Positions 50,695 through 61,065 of a stretch of DNA of 64,000 nt are shown one piece after another. The stretch is from an uncultured Thermoleophilia bacterium. Lineage in GTDB: Bacteria; Actinomycetota; Thermoleophilia; UBA2241. The translations under genes were made by a program, and so were the position numbers. The stretch covers positions 64,001 through 128,000 of the forward strand of contig CAVPCT010000002.1 in the NCBI GenBank assembly GCA_963702475.1, in the 5' to 3' direction. The stretch's first letter is position 1, and each line of letters begins with the position of its first letter. A model generated the notes under the pieces. That model saw only the letters and a program-made list of their open reading frames with translations, was not told the origin of the DNA and did not search any database.

Positions 50695-51420
50695 GTGGAC
50701 GCGGCGGTCCGCCTGGGGGCGCTCATGGACCGGCTGGCCGGCATGGCGAGCGACGCCGACCGAGAGGGCATGGCGCGGTTCGGCATCAAGGTCGACGACG
50801 CCTTCGGCGTGTCCGTGTACGAGCTGCGCAAGATCGCGAAGGAGTACGGGCGCGACCACGTGCTCGCCCTGGCGCTGTGGGACACCGGGATTCACGAGGC
50901 ACGACTCCTGGCGAGCATGATCGACGACCCGGTCGCGGTGACCGAGGGGCAGATGGAGCAGTGGGCCGCGGCGTTCGACTCATGGGACGTGTGCGACCAG
51001 GTGACCTCCAACCTGTTCGACAAGACCCCGCTCGCCTACGACAAGGTGAGGGAGTGGGCGGCCCGCGAGGACGAGTGGGTCAAGCGGGCCGCGTTCGCCA
51101 CGGCCGCCGCCCTCGCCGTGCAGGACAAGGCGGCGCCCGACGAGCGTTTCCTGGCCATCCTGCCGCTCTGCGCGCGCGAGGCGTGGGACGGCCGCAACTA
51201 CGTGAAGAAGGCCGTCAGCTGGGCCCTGCGCAACATCGGCAAGCGCAACGTCGCGCTGCACGCGGCGGCGCGGGACACGGCCACGGCCATCCTGGCCGCG
51301 GCCGGCGAGCGCGCCGCCGCCGACCGCCGCGATCCCGCGGCGCGCAGCATGCGCTGGATCGCCGGTGACGTGCTGCGCGAGCTGGACTCGGAGAAGGTGA
51401 AGCGCCGCCTGGGGCTGTGA
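50695..51420 (+). CDS. DNA alkylation repair protein (AlkD-like HEAT repeat)
   Basis: GMARFGI, LWDTGIHEARLLA, FDSWDVCD, RNYVKKAVSWALRNIGK. Confidence 0.88.
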   Translation: MDAAVRLGALMDRLAGMASDADREGMARFGIKVDDAFGVSVYELRKIAKEYGRDHVLALALWDTGIHEARLLASMIDDPVAVTEGQMEQWAAAFDSWDVCDQVTSNLFDKTPLAYDKVREWAAREDEWVKRAAFATAAALAVQDKAAPDERFLAILPLCAREAWDGRNYVKKAVSWALRNIGKRNVALHAAARDTATAILAAAGERAAADRRDPAARSMRWIAGDVLRELDSEKVKRRLGL

Positions 51421-51543
51421 CCACGCGCCGCGCCGACCCACCGTCGCGTGCGTGACCACGGCGCTCGCTGGCCCGCCGTCCCGGGCCCGTAGTACCATCT
51501 GTGCTCGCAGTACCCTAGTCCCCCGGCACGGGAGGGTGCCGTC

Positions 51544-54180
51544 TTGGCCGTCACGGAACCCGGCAGTTCCTACGACTCGGCGAGGCGCCGACACCCGCGT
51601 CTCGTGCGGCGCACTGCGTGGCTGCAGCGACACTCGCTGAGCGTCACCATCGCCGCGGGGATCCTCATCGGTGTCATCTTCGTGTTCGACGCCAGCGTCC
51701 ACCCGGTGACAATGGCAGGCTTCTACCTCATCCCGCTGACCATGCTGGCGCTCACGGCTCGGGCCCAGCGCGTCGCGTTGGCGGGCGTCGTCTGCGGCCT
51801 CCTCACGGTGCTCGTCTTCGTGCGGCAGGACACCCTCGCCCCCAGCTACTTCTTCAACCTGCTGTACGGAGGGTTGGCCGGGCTCGGTCTTGTGCTCGCC
51901 GCTTACCTCATCAGGCGCCTCTCCACCATCAGCGACTACGCCATCCTGCGGGCTCAGCTGGCGGAGGCGGGGGCCGACATCCTCACCGGCGGCACGCGAG
52001 ACGACCTGGACGAGCTGCTCGAGTACGCGCTCGAGCGCATGGCCGAGCAGCTCGGGGCCACCGGCGCCGCCGTGCTGCTGCTCGAGGACGGCGCCTGGCG
52101 CGGGCGCGCCGGGTTCGGCCTCGGTCTGGACGCCGGCGAGCTCCACGGCGCCTACGACGAAGCGCCGCTGGCGGCCGAGGTCCTGCGGGGGGACGCTTCG
52201 CTCACCCGCGTCTTCTCGGCCTCCGACGCCGCCACTCTGGCGCCGCTCACCGCCCACCTGCGCCTGGAGAGCGTGCTCATCGTTCCTATCCGTGCCCTCG
52301 ACCACGAGATCGGCGTCATGGTGTACAACAGGCCGGAGGTCAGCGCCGACTACGCCGACGACCAGATCACCGCCGCCGAGGGCGTGGCCCGGTACCTCGG
52401 CGTGGCCGTCGACAACGTACGCCTGATGAGCGAGCTCAGCACCCGGCGTCGCGATCTCGAGATCGTACGCGACGCCAGCCTCGACTTCGCCCAGAGCCTC
52501 GACCTGGCTGAGGTGCTGGAGGCGCTCGTCACGCGCCTGCTCAGCGCCCTCGGCATGCACGCCTGCGACGTCTTCGAGGTGGACGAAGACAGCGGTGAGC
52601 TGCGCATCGTCGTGAGCTACGCCGACCGGCACGCCGACGGCGACGACTGGGAAGGGCACGCGTTCGCCCCGGACCATTTCGCCACCGTCGCGGCGGCGGT
52701 CGCGGAGCGGCGCCTGGTGGTCGTCACCGCCTGGGACGACCCAGCGCTCAACGACAACGATCGAGAGCTGCTCATGCGGCACGGTCACCACACCCAGGTC
52801 ACCATCCCGCTGTGGACTCGCGAGCGTGTGCTCTCGGTCGTCCAGCTGTACGACGGTGAGTCGCGGCAACTCACGCACGAACAGATGGAGCTCACGCGCA
52901 CCATCTGCCGCTTCGCTGCACTCGCCGTTGACAAGGCTCGGCTGTTCGAGCGCCAGAGCGTCACGGCGCGGCGCAGCGACAGGCTGGCGCGCCGCCTGCA
53001 GCGCCTGCAGTCGTTCTCCGTGGATCTGAACAGGCGGCTGGAGCGGGCGGAGCTGCAGGACGTGCTCGACGAGGTCGCGGCGGCGGCGCTCGACCTCGTC
53101 CACGTTCGCGCTGCCGCCGTGCTCAGCGGCTCCGGAGAGTACCTGGCCGCCCAGGCGCTGGCGGTAGCCGGCGGCGTAGGACCGCTGCAGCTGCCATCCG
53201 TCGAGGCCGAGCTGCTGCAGCGCTGCCGCGCCGCCATGACGGCGCCGGCGGACGAGGACCTCGCCGGCGGCGAACCGATCACACCGGCGGTCGCGCAGAG
53301 CGACGGCCTGCTGTTCACGCCGCTCGAGGGCGATGTGCCCCTGCAGGCCTCCAGTCTCGTGGTCGCCGACAAGACCGGCGGCGATTTCGACGAGGAGGAC
53401 CGGCTTCTGCTCGCCACCCTCGGCGCTCAGCTCAGCGCGAGCCTGCACAACACGACGGCGTACCAGCGCGAGCACGCCATCGCCGAGACCTTCCAGCAGG
53501 CGCTGCTCATGCAGCCTCCGGCGATCCCCGGCATCGACGTCGGGGTCCGGTACCGGGCTGCCACAGAGGCCGCCCGCGTGGGCGGCGACTTCTACGACCT
53601 CGTCACGCTCAGCCCCGGGCGACTCCTGGTGATCGTCGGCGACGTGTGCGGCAAGAGCCTCGGCGCGGCCGCGCAATCGGCTGTGGTGCGGTACATGCTG
53701 CGCGCCTACGCCGCCGAGGGGTCGCCGGGGGAGGCGCTCTCCCGTCTCAACTCGGCGATGATCGCGCAGTCGCCCGACCAGCCGTTCGTCACCCTGGTGG
53801 TGGCCTACATCGACGTGGTCCGTCACATGTTCGAGTACGCCGTGGCGGGCCACCCCCGGCCGATCATCCTCGCCGGCCGCCGCGAGTTCCCCATGCCCGG
53901 CGAGGGCAACGTACCGGCCGGCATCTTCCGCGGGGCCGTGTACCCCACCAACAGGGCCATCCTGCCCGACGACACCACCGTCGTGCTGTACACCGACGGC
54001 ATGACCGACGCGCGCATCCATGGACAGCTGTTCGGGGAGGAGCGCCTGCGCAAGGCCGTCACGGAGCACCCCGACCTTTCGGCGCAAGGCCTCGCCGATC
54101 TGCTCCTGGAGACGGTGAAGGAGTTCGCAGGGGGCGTGCTTGCCGACGACTGCGCGGTGGTCACCCTCCGGCTGCCCTGA
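51544..54180 (+). CDS. Membrane GAF-domain SpoIIE/RsbU-type PP2C phosphatase
   Basis: N-terminal TMs, about three GAF domains, VGGDFYD, GDVCGK, AGHP, YTDG, DD. Confidence 0.9.
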   Translation: MAVTEPGSSYDSARRRHPRLVRRTAWLQRHSLSVTIAAGILIGVIFVFDASVHPVTMAGFYLIPLTMLALTARAQRVALAGVVCGLLTVLVFVRQDTLAPSYFFNLLYGGLAGLGLVLAAYLIRRLSTISDYAILRAQLAEAGADILTGGTRDDLDELLEYALERMAEQLGATGAAVLLLEDGAWRGRAGFGLGLDAGELHGAYDEAPLAAEVLRGDASLTRVFSASDAATLAPLTAHLRLESVLIVPIRALDHEIGVMVYNRPEVSADYADDQITAAEGVARYLGVAVDNVRLMSELSTRRRDLEIVRDASLDFAQSLDLAEVLEALVTRLLSALGMHACDVFEVDEDSGELRIVVSYADRHADGDDWEGHAFAPDHFATVAAAVAERRLVVVTAWDDPALNDNDRELLMRHGHHTQVTIPLWTRERVLSVVQLYDGESRQLTHEQMELTRTICRFAALAVDKARLFERQSVTARRSDRLARRLQRLQSFSVDLNRRLERAELQDVLDEVAAAALDLVHVRAAAVLSGSGEYLAAQALAVAGGVGPLQLPSVEAELLQRCRAAMTAPADEDLAGGEPITPAVAQSDGLLFTPLEGDVPLQASSLVVADKTGGDFDEEDRLLLATLGAQLSASLHNTTAYQREHAIAETFQQALLMQPPAIPGIDVGVRYRAATEAARVGGDFYDLVTLSPGRLLVIVGDVCGKSLGAAAQSAVVRYMLRAYAAEGSPGEALSRLNSAMIAQSPDQPFVTLVVAYIDVVRHMFEYAVAGHPRPIILAGRREFPMPGEGNVPAGIFRGAVYPTNRAILPDDTTVVLYTDGMTDARIHGQLFGEERLRKAVTEHPDLSAQGLADLLLETVKEFAGGVLADDCAVVTLRLP

Positions 54181-54189
54181 CGGCGCCGG

Positions 54190-55611
54190 TCAGCCGCCGT
54201 CCGCCGCCGGCCTGCGCCGCCGCGACAACCAGATGCCCACGAGGAGCGTCGCCGCGCCGCCGCCGGCCACGATGGCGGTGTACGTCACCCGCGACTGTCC
54301 CGTCGGGATGACGGTGAGGAACAGCACCAGGCCGAGGGTCACGAAGGTCTCTGCGAGCACCACGGCCAGCCACGCGCCGAAGCGCCCTCCCGGCACGCGG
54401 TACGGGCGCCGCACGTCGGGGAACTTGCGGCGCAGCACCAGCAGCGCCGGGAACATCAGCGTGTACGGCGCCATGAACGCCACCGACGAGAGCGAGAAGA
54501 TCGTCCAGAAGATCTGCTCGTTGCCGCCGAACAGGGCGTAGTTGAGCACGGTGAGCACGGTGGCCAGCGCCGCCATCAGGACGAACGCGTAGTCGGGCGT
54601 CCCGAAGCGGCGGTTGATGTGTCCGAACACGCGCGGGGCCGAGCGGTCCAGGCCGGTGACGTTGATGCTGTGGTTGGCGCCGGTGGACCAGGTGATCATC
54701 GTCCCGACGAAGCTGAACAGCAGCAGGACGATGACGACGTCGTAGGCGACCGAGGCGGCCGCGCCCGTGCCGAGCACGAGCCGGAACGAGAGGTCCATGG
54801 CGTCGGCGATGCCGCTGACGATGGAGAGCTCGTCGAGCGGCAGCGCCGCCAGGATGCCGGCCATGCCCAGGATCTGCGTGCCGACGATGGCGATGCCGGC
54901 GATGAGGATCATGCGGGGGATGTCGCCACGCGGGTCCTTCACGTGACCGCCAAGCGAGCTCATGACCTCCCAGCCGCAGAAGTTGGAGAGGATCACGGCC
55001 ACCGCGGCGAGGCCGATGCCGGTGCCGGGCCAGAGCTGCGAGGTGGTCAGCGGATTGGCGACGCCGTGACGGGCGGCGTAGACGAGGCCGACGAGCGCCG
55101 CGGCGGCCAGGACGGCGATCTTGGCCGCCGCGCTGGCGTTGTTCACCCAGGTGGTGAGGCGCAGCGGCAGGATGCCGACGGCGACCACGAGCCACAGGAG
55201 GCCGATGACGATGAGCTCCTCCCAGGTGCGGCTCATCGAGGGCCAGAAAGCGGTACGCATCGTGCCGGCGAAGATGACGAACACCGCCGGCGCCCAGTAG
55301 GCCAGATTGACCCAGTAGAACCACGCGCACACGCCGCCCACGCGCTCGCCGTAGGCCTCGCGGATCCACACGTACATGCCGCCTTCTTGCGGCCAGGCGC
55401 TGCCGAGCTCCGCGGTGATGAAGCCGTACGGCGCGTAGAACACCACGGCGAGGATCGTGAAGACGGCGATACCGCGCCAGCCGCTGGCGGCCACGGTGGC
55501 GACCGAGTCCAGCGTGATCATCGCCGACACCGAGAACAGCACCATGGGAGCGAGCCCCAGGATACGGCTGCGCGAAGGCTCGACTGCGCTGAGGCGTGCG
55601 TCGGTGCTCAT
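54190..55611 (-). CDS. APC family amino acid/polyamine permease
   Basis: AELGSAWPQEGGMYVWIREAYG, GWE, RPYRVPGG; about 12 TMs. Confidence 0.9.
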   Translation of the reverse strand: MSTDARLSAVEPSRSRILGLAPMVLFSVSAMITLDSVATVAASGWRGIAVFTILAVVFYAPYGFITAELGSAWPQEGGMYVWIREAYGERVGGVCAWFYWVNLAYWAPAVFVIFAGTMRTAFWPSMSRTWEELIVIGLLWLVVAVGILPLRLTTWVNNASAAAKIAVLAAAALVGLVYAARHGVANPLTTSQLWPGTGIGLAAVAVILSNFCGWEVMSSLGGHVKDPRGDIPRMILIAGIAIVGTQILGMAGILAALPLDELSIVSGIADAMDLSFRLVLGTGAAASVAYDVVIVLLLFSFVGTMITWSTGANHSINVTGLDRSAPRVFGHINRRFGTPDYAFVLMAALATVLTVLNYALFGGNEQIFWTIFSLSSVAFMAPYTLMFPALLVLRRKFPDVRRPYRVPGGRFGAWLAVVLAETFVTLGLVLFLTVIPTGQSRVTYTAIVAGGGAATLLVGIWLSRRRRPAADGG

Positions 55612-55718
55612 GGGGCGCCGATGCTATCAGGCTTCGACGGCGCCGGACGAACGTGTGCCGTCCGAGCGGCGCCGTACGAGCCGGCGCCGGATCGCTGCGG
55701 CCGGACGCGCCGGCGCCG

Positions 55719-56995
55719 TCAGCGGGCCGTGACGACCGTCGCCATGGCGTCGGCGACGGCCAGGACGCGGGCGCGGCGGCTGAGGCGCGTCTGGGCGGCT
55801 GCGACGGCCGCGTCGACGGAGTCGAACGCGGCCAGACCGAGCGGCTCGAGGACGCCCGGGTCGGCCGCGCCCACGACGGCGACGCGGAAGCGTTCGAGCA
55901 CGCGCGCGACGACGAAGGCCCGCTGCCCTCCCGGGCCGAGCGGCTCGCGCAGCCCGCGCGCGATCAGCGCGGCCGGCGAGCCGGCGGCGCCCAGCACGCG
56001 CGCGAAGTTCTGCTCGCCGGGACCCGCGCCCGTCCCGTCGGGCAGACCCGCGCACAGCACGAGCAGGCCGCCGTCGGCCAGGGAGGGCCTGGCGGCGAGG
56101 CCCACGTACGTCGCCGCCCGGCTCGCCTGGTAGAGGTTGTCGCTCTTGGGCGCGTGCACGCCGGCCACCACGACGTCGAAGGGCTCCTCGACCCGGTAGA
56201 GCCAGGCGCCGGCGTGCGTCGCGGCCAGCGACGCCTGCGCCGCGGCGGGGTCGCCGGCGGCGACGGCGGACACGCCGCCGCCCGCGGCCGTGACGACGTT
56301 GACCGCCCAGCGCAGCGGCGTGCGCGCGGCGACGTCGCGCAACGTCCTCTGGAAGGGGTTCCCCTCAAGCCGGCAGAGGGTCACGCCGGGCTCGCTGATG
56401 AACGCCGGCCGGTGCGTCCAGGCGATCGTCTCGTGCCCGGCGCACCCGATAGCCACGCCCTTGACCCCCCGGAGAAGCCGGCGTAGAGGTGCGGCTCCAC
56501 GACGCCGACGGTGACGGCTAGGTCCGCGTCGGCGACACGCCGCGCGACGCGGACGGGCGCGCCGAGCGTCGTGGAGCCGAGATCCGCGCAGGGCGTCTCG
56601 AGGCCCTGCGCGTCTTCTACGCGCACGCGGGTCGCGACGCCGGCGCCGGCAAGGGCGGCGCGCTCTTCCTCGCTCGTGGTGGCGTGCAGGCCACAGCCGA
56701 CGACCACGGTGACGCCCGACTGCGGTACACCGGCCGCCGCCAGCTCGCACAGCAGCTGCTCCAGGATCGAGGGGCTCGGGCAGGGCCGCGAGGCGTCGGG
56801 GATTGTGACAGCCACCCGGCGGGCGCCGCGCGCCAGCTCCCGCAGGCGCGGCGCCCCGGCCGGGGCGGCGAGTGCGCCGGCCACCTCGGCCTCGAGGTCC
56901 GGTACAGCCGCTGTCGCGGCCGGCGGGGCGAACGCGTCGGCGCGTGGCACTGGCAGACGCGCCGCGCCGCAGAAGACCCAGGGAGTCTCGCTCAC
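55719..56995 (-). CDS. larA: LarA-family (Ni-pincer) racemase/epimerase (frameshift in G-run near 56468)
   Basis: PDASRP, GCGLH, VEPHLYAGFSGG / VKGVAIG, NLYQA; halves join at a G homopolymer. Confidence 0.8.
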
Positions 56996-57274
56996 GAGGG
57001 CGCCTCCGCGTTGCCGGCACCGCTCGCGCTGTCCTCACCGGAGCCGCCCCCCTGGTCCTTCGTGTCGTCTCCGCGCCACCACACCGCCAACATGACGATC
57101 ACGCCGCCGATGGGGATGAGCGACGCCACGAAGGCGGCGACCAGCCAGTTCAAGCAGGTCGCCGCCCGTCTTCTTCGCGCACAGGTACCCCAGGTACAGG
57201 CAGATGAGCAGTTGCGGCCCCCAGGCGTAGAAGTACCACCCGGCCTTGCCCACAGACCACAGGACCCAGCTCAT
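56992..57274 (-). CDS. Small two-TM membrane protein (frameshift near 57150)
   Basis: MSWVLWSVGKAGWYFYAWGPQLLICLYLGYL / NWLVAAFVASLIPIGGVIVMLAVWW; stop overlaps the larA-like GTG. Confidence 0.5.
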
Positions 57275-57279
57275 CGGCC

Positions 57280-59391
57280 TCAGCCGTACACGGTGAGCAG
57301 CGAGTCCACCGTCGCCAGAAGATGGCTCGCCGCCGCGGGCGGGTTCAGGATGCGAGCCTGATCGGCGAACGGCAGCACGTGCTGCGTGAGCCAGCCCTCC
57401 TCCACGTACGGCTGCTCGGCGACGCAGGATCCGTCGGCGAGGCGCTGCACCGGCTGACGCTCCTCGACCCAGCGGCTCACGTCGCGGCTGTACCAGACCG
57501 TGGCCGTCTTGGGTGCGTAGCTGGCCGACGGCGGTACTCCCTCTCGTCGGTAGAGGTCGAGCTCCAGGTCCTGCCGCGGCGCGAACGTCTCGTCGAGCAG
57601 CTGTGCGCTCCGCGTGGTCGCGATGCGGAACATGCGCCTGCCGCCGGCCGTGCGGCACCAGCACACGTAGTACCACTCGCCGCGCTCGTGGATCATCAGG
57701 TATGGCTCCACCACCCGTTCGGACTGCCCCGCGGTGCCTTCTTTCCAGTACGCGATGCGCAGCAGGTTCCGGCCGGCGATGGCCGCGTTCACGCTGTCGA
57801 ACACGCCGGCGGCCCCGGGGGGCAGGTCTCCGGCCACGATGGTGGGGCCGGTGTCGCGCGCGCTCCTTATTCTGCGGCGCGCGCCGTCAAGGGTGGCCCG
57901 GCTCGCCGACGGGAGCTGTCCGCCCACGAGGTCGATAGCCAGCAGCAGCGCGTCGGCCTGCAGGGGGGAGAGCCGGGCGGGGCGCGACAGGGTGGGGCCC
58001 TCCACGTCGCACTCCACGTGCAGCTTGCCGCGGCCGGTGAACTCGGCGTACAGGACCATGCCGCCCACGTGTCCCACGGTGTTGAGCAGGCGGATGTCCT
58101 CGCGGAGGTCCTTGAGCGAGACGTCCAGCGCGGCGCACACGTCCGCGACCTGCAGGTCGGCCTCGTCCCTGCCGCAGCTCGTGAGGAGGTAGGAGGCGAG
58201 GGTGCTGAGGCGCGTGAAGCGGTCGACCTCCACGTGCCAGTCTCCGGCGGTCCTGCGCCGGCGCCTGCCGCCGCGCGCGGCTGCGGGAGCCGCGGCGGGG
58301 GCGTTCGCCACGTCCGGGACCGGAGACGCGGTCAGCCTGCGCAGCGCGACGAGGCGCTCGCGGAGCCGGTCGCGCAGCGCCGGTGGATCGAGCAGCTCTG
58401 CGGCCTCGGCCAAGCCGAGCACCCACGACAGCATGCGCCGCTCGTCGGCGTAGTCGGTGACGAAGACGATGGACCCGTCGTCCTGCGCCTCCACAGCGCC
58501 GCAGTGCCGCCAGTGCGCCTCCACCCACCAGGCCATGGACGGGCCGACGCGCACGCGCGCCGTGCCGACGACGGGTCCCAGACGCCAGGCGGGGCGGTCC
58601 TGGTACGCCTCCAGGTCGAAGTCCGCGGGCCGGGCGAAGTCGTGGAGCTTCTTGGAGGCGTGCACCACGCGGGAGTGGATGCGCGAGAGACGGAAGGTGC
58701 GCACCGCGTCGCGCTCGTGGCAGCGGCCGATGAGGTACCACTCGCCGGCGACCACCTGGAGCCCGTACGGGTCCACCGTGCGTTCGCGCTCCTCGTCGCG
58801 CTGGATGGTGTAGTACGTGAATCTGACGGTCTTGCGGTCGTCCACAGCGGCCTGCAGTCTGGGCAGCAGCGAGGGCGGCTCGTCGGCCTCCGGGACGACG
58901 GCAAGCGCCGGCGCGGCGGTCTCGGTGAGGACCTCGGGGCGTCCCTGCGTGAGGCTCAGCAGGGCGAGACGCAGGGGCTGCGAGTAGGCGAAGCCGTCCT
59001 GCAACACGGCGTAGCAGGCGGCCAGGGCGGTGAGCTCGTCGGCGCTGAACTCGACCCGCGGCAGGTAGTAGGCGTCGCCGGGCAGACTGTAGAGGTCCAC
59101 GCCGTCGTCCCCGGTCTCGGCGTCGACACGGATGCCGATCTCCCTGAGCTCGGCCCTGTCTTCGCTGAAGCGTCGCTTGAAGGCCTCGTCCGTCATGCCC
59201 GGGTACCCTTCGACGTTCATGCGGATCTGCGCGGCGCTGACGCGCTGGCCCGGCCGCGAGAGCAGGAACGTGACCAGGGACAGCCTGCGGAGGTTGGGCT
59301 CGTGGTCCTTGGGTTGGGCGGGCTCGCGGGCCTGCGAAGGGCTCATCGGCGGGGCTCCGGCGGTCGTTGACGAGGCGCGGGGGTCCGGCAT
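57280..59391 (-). CDS. pafBC: Fused PafBC-type WYL transcriptional regulator (two HTH-WYL-WCX modules)
   Basis: RRLSLVTFLL...AFKRRFSEDRAELREIGI (PafB-like), GEWYLIG..FRLSRI; second module DLREDIRLL...GEWYYV..MFRI. Confidence 0.85.
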   Translation of the reverse strand: MPDPRASSTTAGAPPMSPSQAREPAQPKDHEPNLRRLSLVTFLLSRPGQRVSAAQIRMNVEGYPGMTDEAFKRRFSEDRAELREIGIRVDAETGDDGVDLYSLPGDAYYLPRVEFSADELTALAACYAVLQDGFAYSQPLRLALLSLTQGRPEVLTETAAPALAVVPEADEPPSLLPRLQAAVDDRKTVRFTYYTIQRDEERERTVDPYGLQVVAGEWYLIGRCHERDAVRTFRLSRIHSRVVHASKKLHDFARPADFDLEAYQDRPAWRLGPVVGTARVRVGPSMAWWVEAHWRHCGAVEAQDDGSIVFVTDYADERRMLSWVLGLAEAAELLDPPALRDRLRERLVALRRLTASPVPDVANAPAAAPAAARGGRRRRRTAGDWHVEVDRFTRLSTLASYLLTSCGRDEADLQVADVCAALDVSLKDLREDIRLLNTVGHVGGMVLYAEFTGRGKLHVECDVEGPTLSRPARLSPLQADALLLAIDLVGGQLPSASRATLDGARRRIRSARDTGPTIVAGDLPPGAAGVFDSVNAAIAGRNLLRIAYWKEGTAGQSERVVEPYLMIHERGEWYYVCWCRTAGGRRMFRIATTRSAQLLDETFAPRQDLELDLYRREGVPPSASYAPKTATVWYSRDVSRWVEERQPVQRLADGSCVAEQPYVEEGWLTQHVLPFADQARILNPPAAASHLLATVDSLLTVYG

Positions 59392-59529
59392 CGGGCCCCG
59401 CGCCTCATGCTACCGCAGACGCCGCCGGGGGTCAGCGGGCGTGACAGGACGGCCGGGCCGGCGAGGCGCGTACGCCGCCCCGCCCCGGCCCGTCACCAGC
59501 TTCGGACAGCCGTCAGACCGCTACCGCCG

Positions 59530-60990
59530 TCAGACCGTCGCCTCTCGCGCCGCCGCGGCGATGATGGCGTCGAACTCGGCGCCGAGGTCGGCGGGGAACT
59601 CCGGCGCCGGAGCCGCCAGGATCTCGGCGACCCTCTCCTGCGCTTTCTCCGTCGTGCTCTTGCCGCCGGCGCTCTTCCAGGCCTCGTGGGTGCCGGTCTC
59701 CCCAAGCTTCGCCTGCCAGAGCTCGCGCACGTGGGCGCGCGTGTGGTTGTCGAACAGGTAGTTGCCGCTGAACCCCATCTTCTTGATGAGGTCGACGGCC
59801 AGCGTCTCGTCGCTCACCTCGATGCCGCGCAGGATGCGCTTCACCATGCCGAGGATCTCGTCGTCCACCACCATGTTCTCGAGGCAGAGGATGCGGGATC
59901 CGTCGAGCAGCCCGGTCCCGAAGGTCACGTCGGCGCCGTTGGCGTAGGCCATGAACATGGCCAGGGCGTTCTCGTAGGCGCTCTGGATGCCGGGCTCCTT
60001 GGCCGTCGTCGCGCCGGCGCCGTACCAGGCCGGCACGCCGTAGAAGCCGGCCATGTGGCCCTGGCAGGCGCGCAGCAGCATGGCCTCGGGCGAATTGCTC
60101 GCGTAAGCGCCGGAGCTCATGTACATGGCCGTGGGGCCGCCGCCGTGGATGACCCTGGCGCCGGGGTGGGCCAGCTGCACCAGGACGGCCCCGCTGACGA
60201 ACTCGGCGTTGTTCACCACGGCCGAGCCCGCGATGGTCACCGGTCCCGTCGCGCCCAGGATCGGCATGGGGTAGAAGCTCACGGGGATGCCGGCCTCGGC
60301 CAGCACCAGCGCGAGGTCCATGCCGAAGCGCTCCTGGTGCAATGGGCTCACCGTGCAGATGATGCTCGTGAACATGGGGCGGCGCTTCAGTTCCTCGGCG
60401 CCGCCGGCCAGGGCCTCGGCCATACGGATCAGGCTGCGTGCCTCCCAGTCCTCCTTGATGCTGACGACGATGTTGTGCTTCTCCGAGTTGCGCACGCAGG
60501 CGTCGAACTCGTGCAGCACGCGCGTCTCCGGCGGGCAGTCCTGGGCGCTGACGACGGCGCTGGTGGCACTCACGTTCTCCAGCGCCTGCACGACCCTTGC
60601 GCAGTCGGCGAGGTCCTGCTTCTGCGAGATGCGGACCGCGCCGGTCACAGGGTCGCGGTACGACACGCCGCAGCCGTCGGAGCTGATGTAGACGTGCTCG
60701 CCGTCGAGGGGCAGGTCGTACTCGGGGTTGCGGGCGCCCAGGGTGAACTGGTGCGGTACCGTGCTCATGGCACGTTCGACCACCCCAGCCGGGACCTTGG
60801 CCACTGTGGTCTCGCGGTCCACGGTCGCGCCGTTGGCTTCGAGGATGTCGAGAGCTCGCTGAGAGTGGTACTTCACGCCCACGGTCTCGATGACGTCGAG
60901 TGTGGCCTCGTGGATCCGACGCACGTCCTCGGGGGAGAGCAGCTCGAGCTTGACGCGCTGTCCGACGTAGCAGCTGTCGGCGTATGTCAT
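59530..60990 (-). CDS. MttB-family trimethylamine/quaternary-amine:corrinoid methyltransferase (no pyrrolysine)
   Basis: IHEATLDVIETVGV, FTLGARNP, SPL, GATGPVTIAG, GAYASNSPE, K.PGIQSAYE; no internal TAG. Confidence 0.9.
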   Translation of the reverse strand: MTYADSCYVGQRVKLELLSPEDVRRIHEATLDVIETVGVKYHSQRALDILEANGATVDRETTVAKVPAGVVERAMSTVPHQFTLGARNPEYDLPLDGEHVYISSDGCGVSYRDPVTGAVRISQKQDLADCARVVQALENVSATSAVVSAQDCPPETRVLHEFDACVRNSEKHNIVVSIKEDWEARSLIRMAEALAGGAEELKRRPMFTSIICTVSPLHQERFGMDLALVLAEAGIPVSFYPMPILGATGPVTIAGSAVVNNAEFVSGAVLVQLAHPGARVIHGGGPTAMYMSSGAYASNSPEAMLLRACQGHMAGFYGVPAWYGAGATTAKEPGIQSAYENALAMFMAYANGADVTFGTGLLDGSRILCLENMVVDDEILGMVKRILRGIEVSDETLAVDLIKKMGFSGNYLFDNHTRAHVRELWQAKLGETGTHEAWKSAGGKSTTEKAQERVAEILAAPAPEFPADLGAEFDAIIAAAAREATV

Positions 60991-61065
60991 CGGGTGACTC
61001 CTTTCGCTCGTGCAGGCTGCTCCGCCGTGCGCATCGCGCAACGCCGTGAGCTACGCCCGCTCGTT

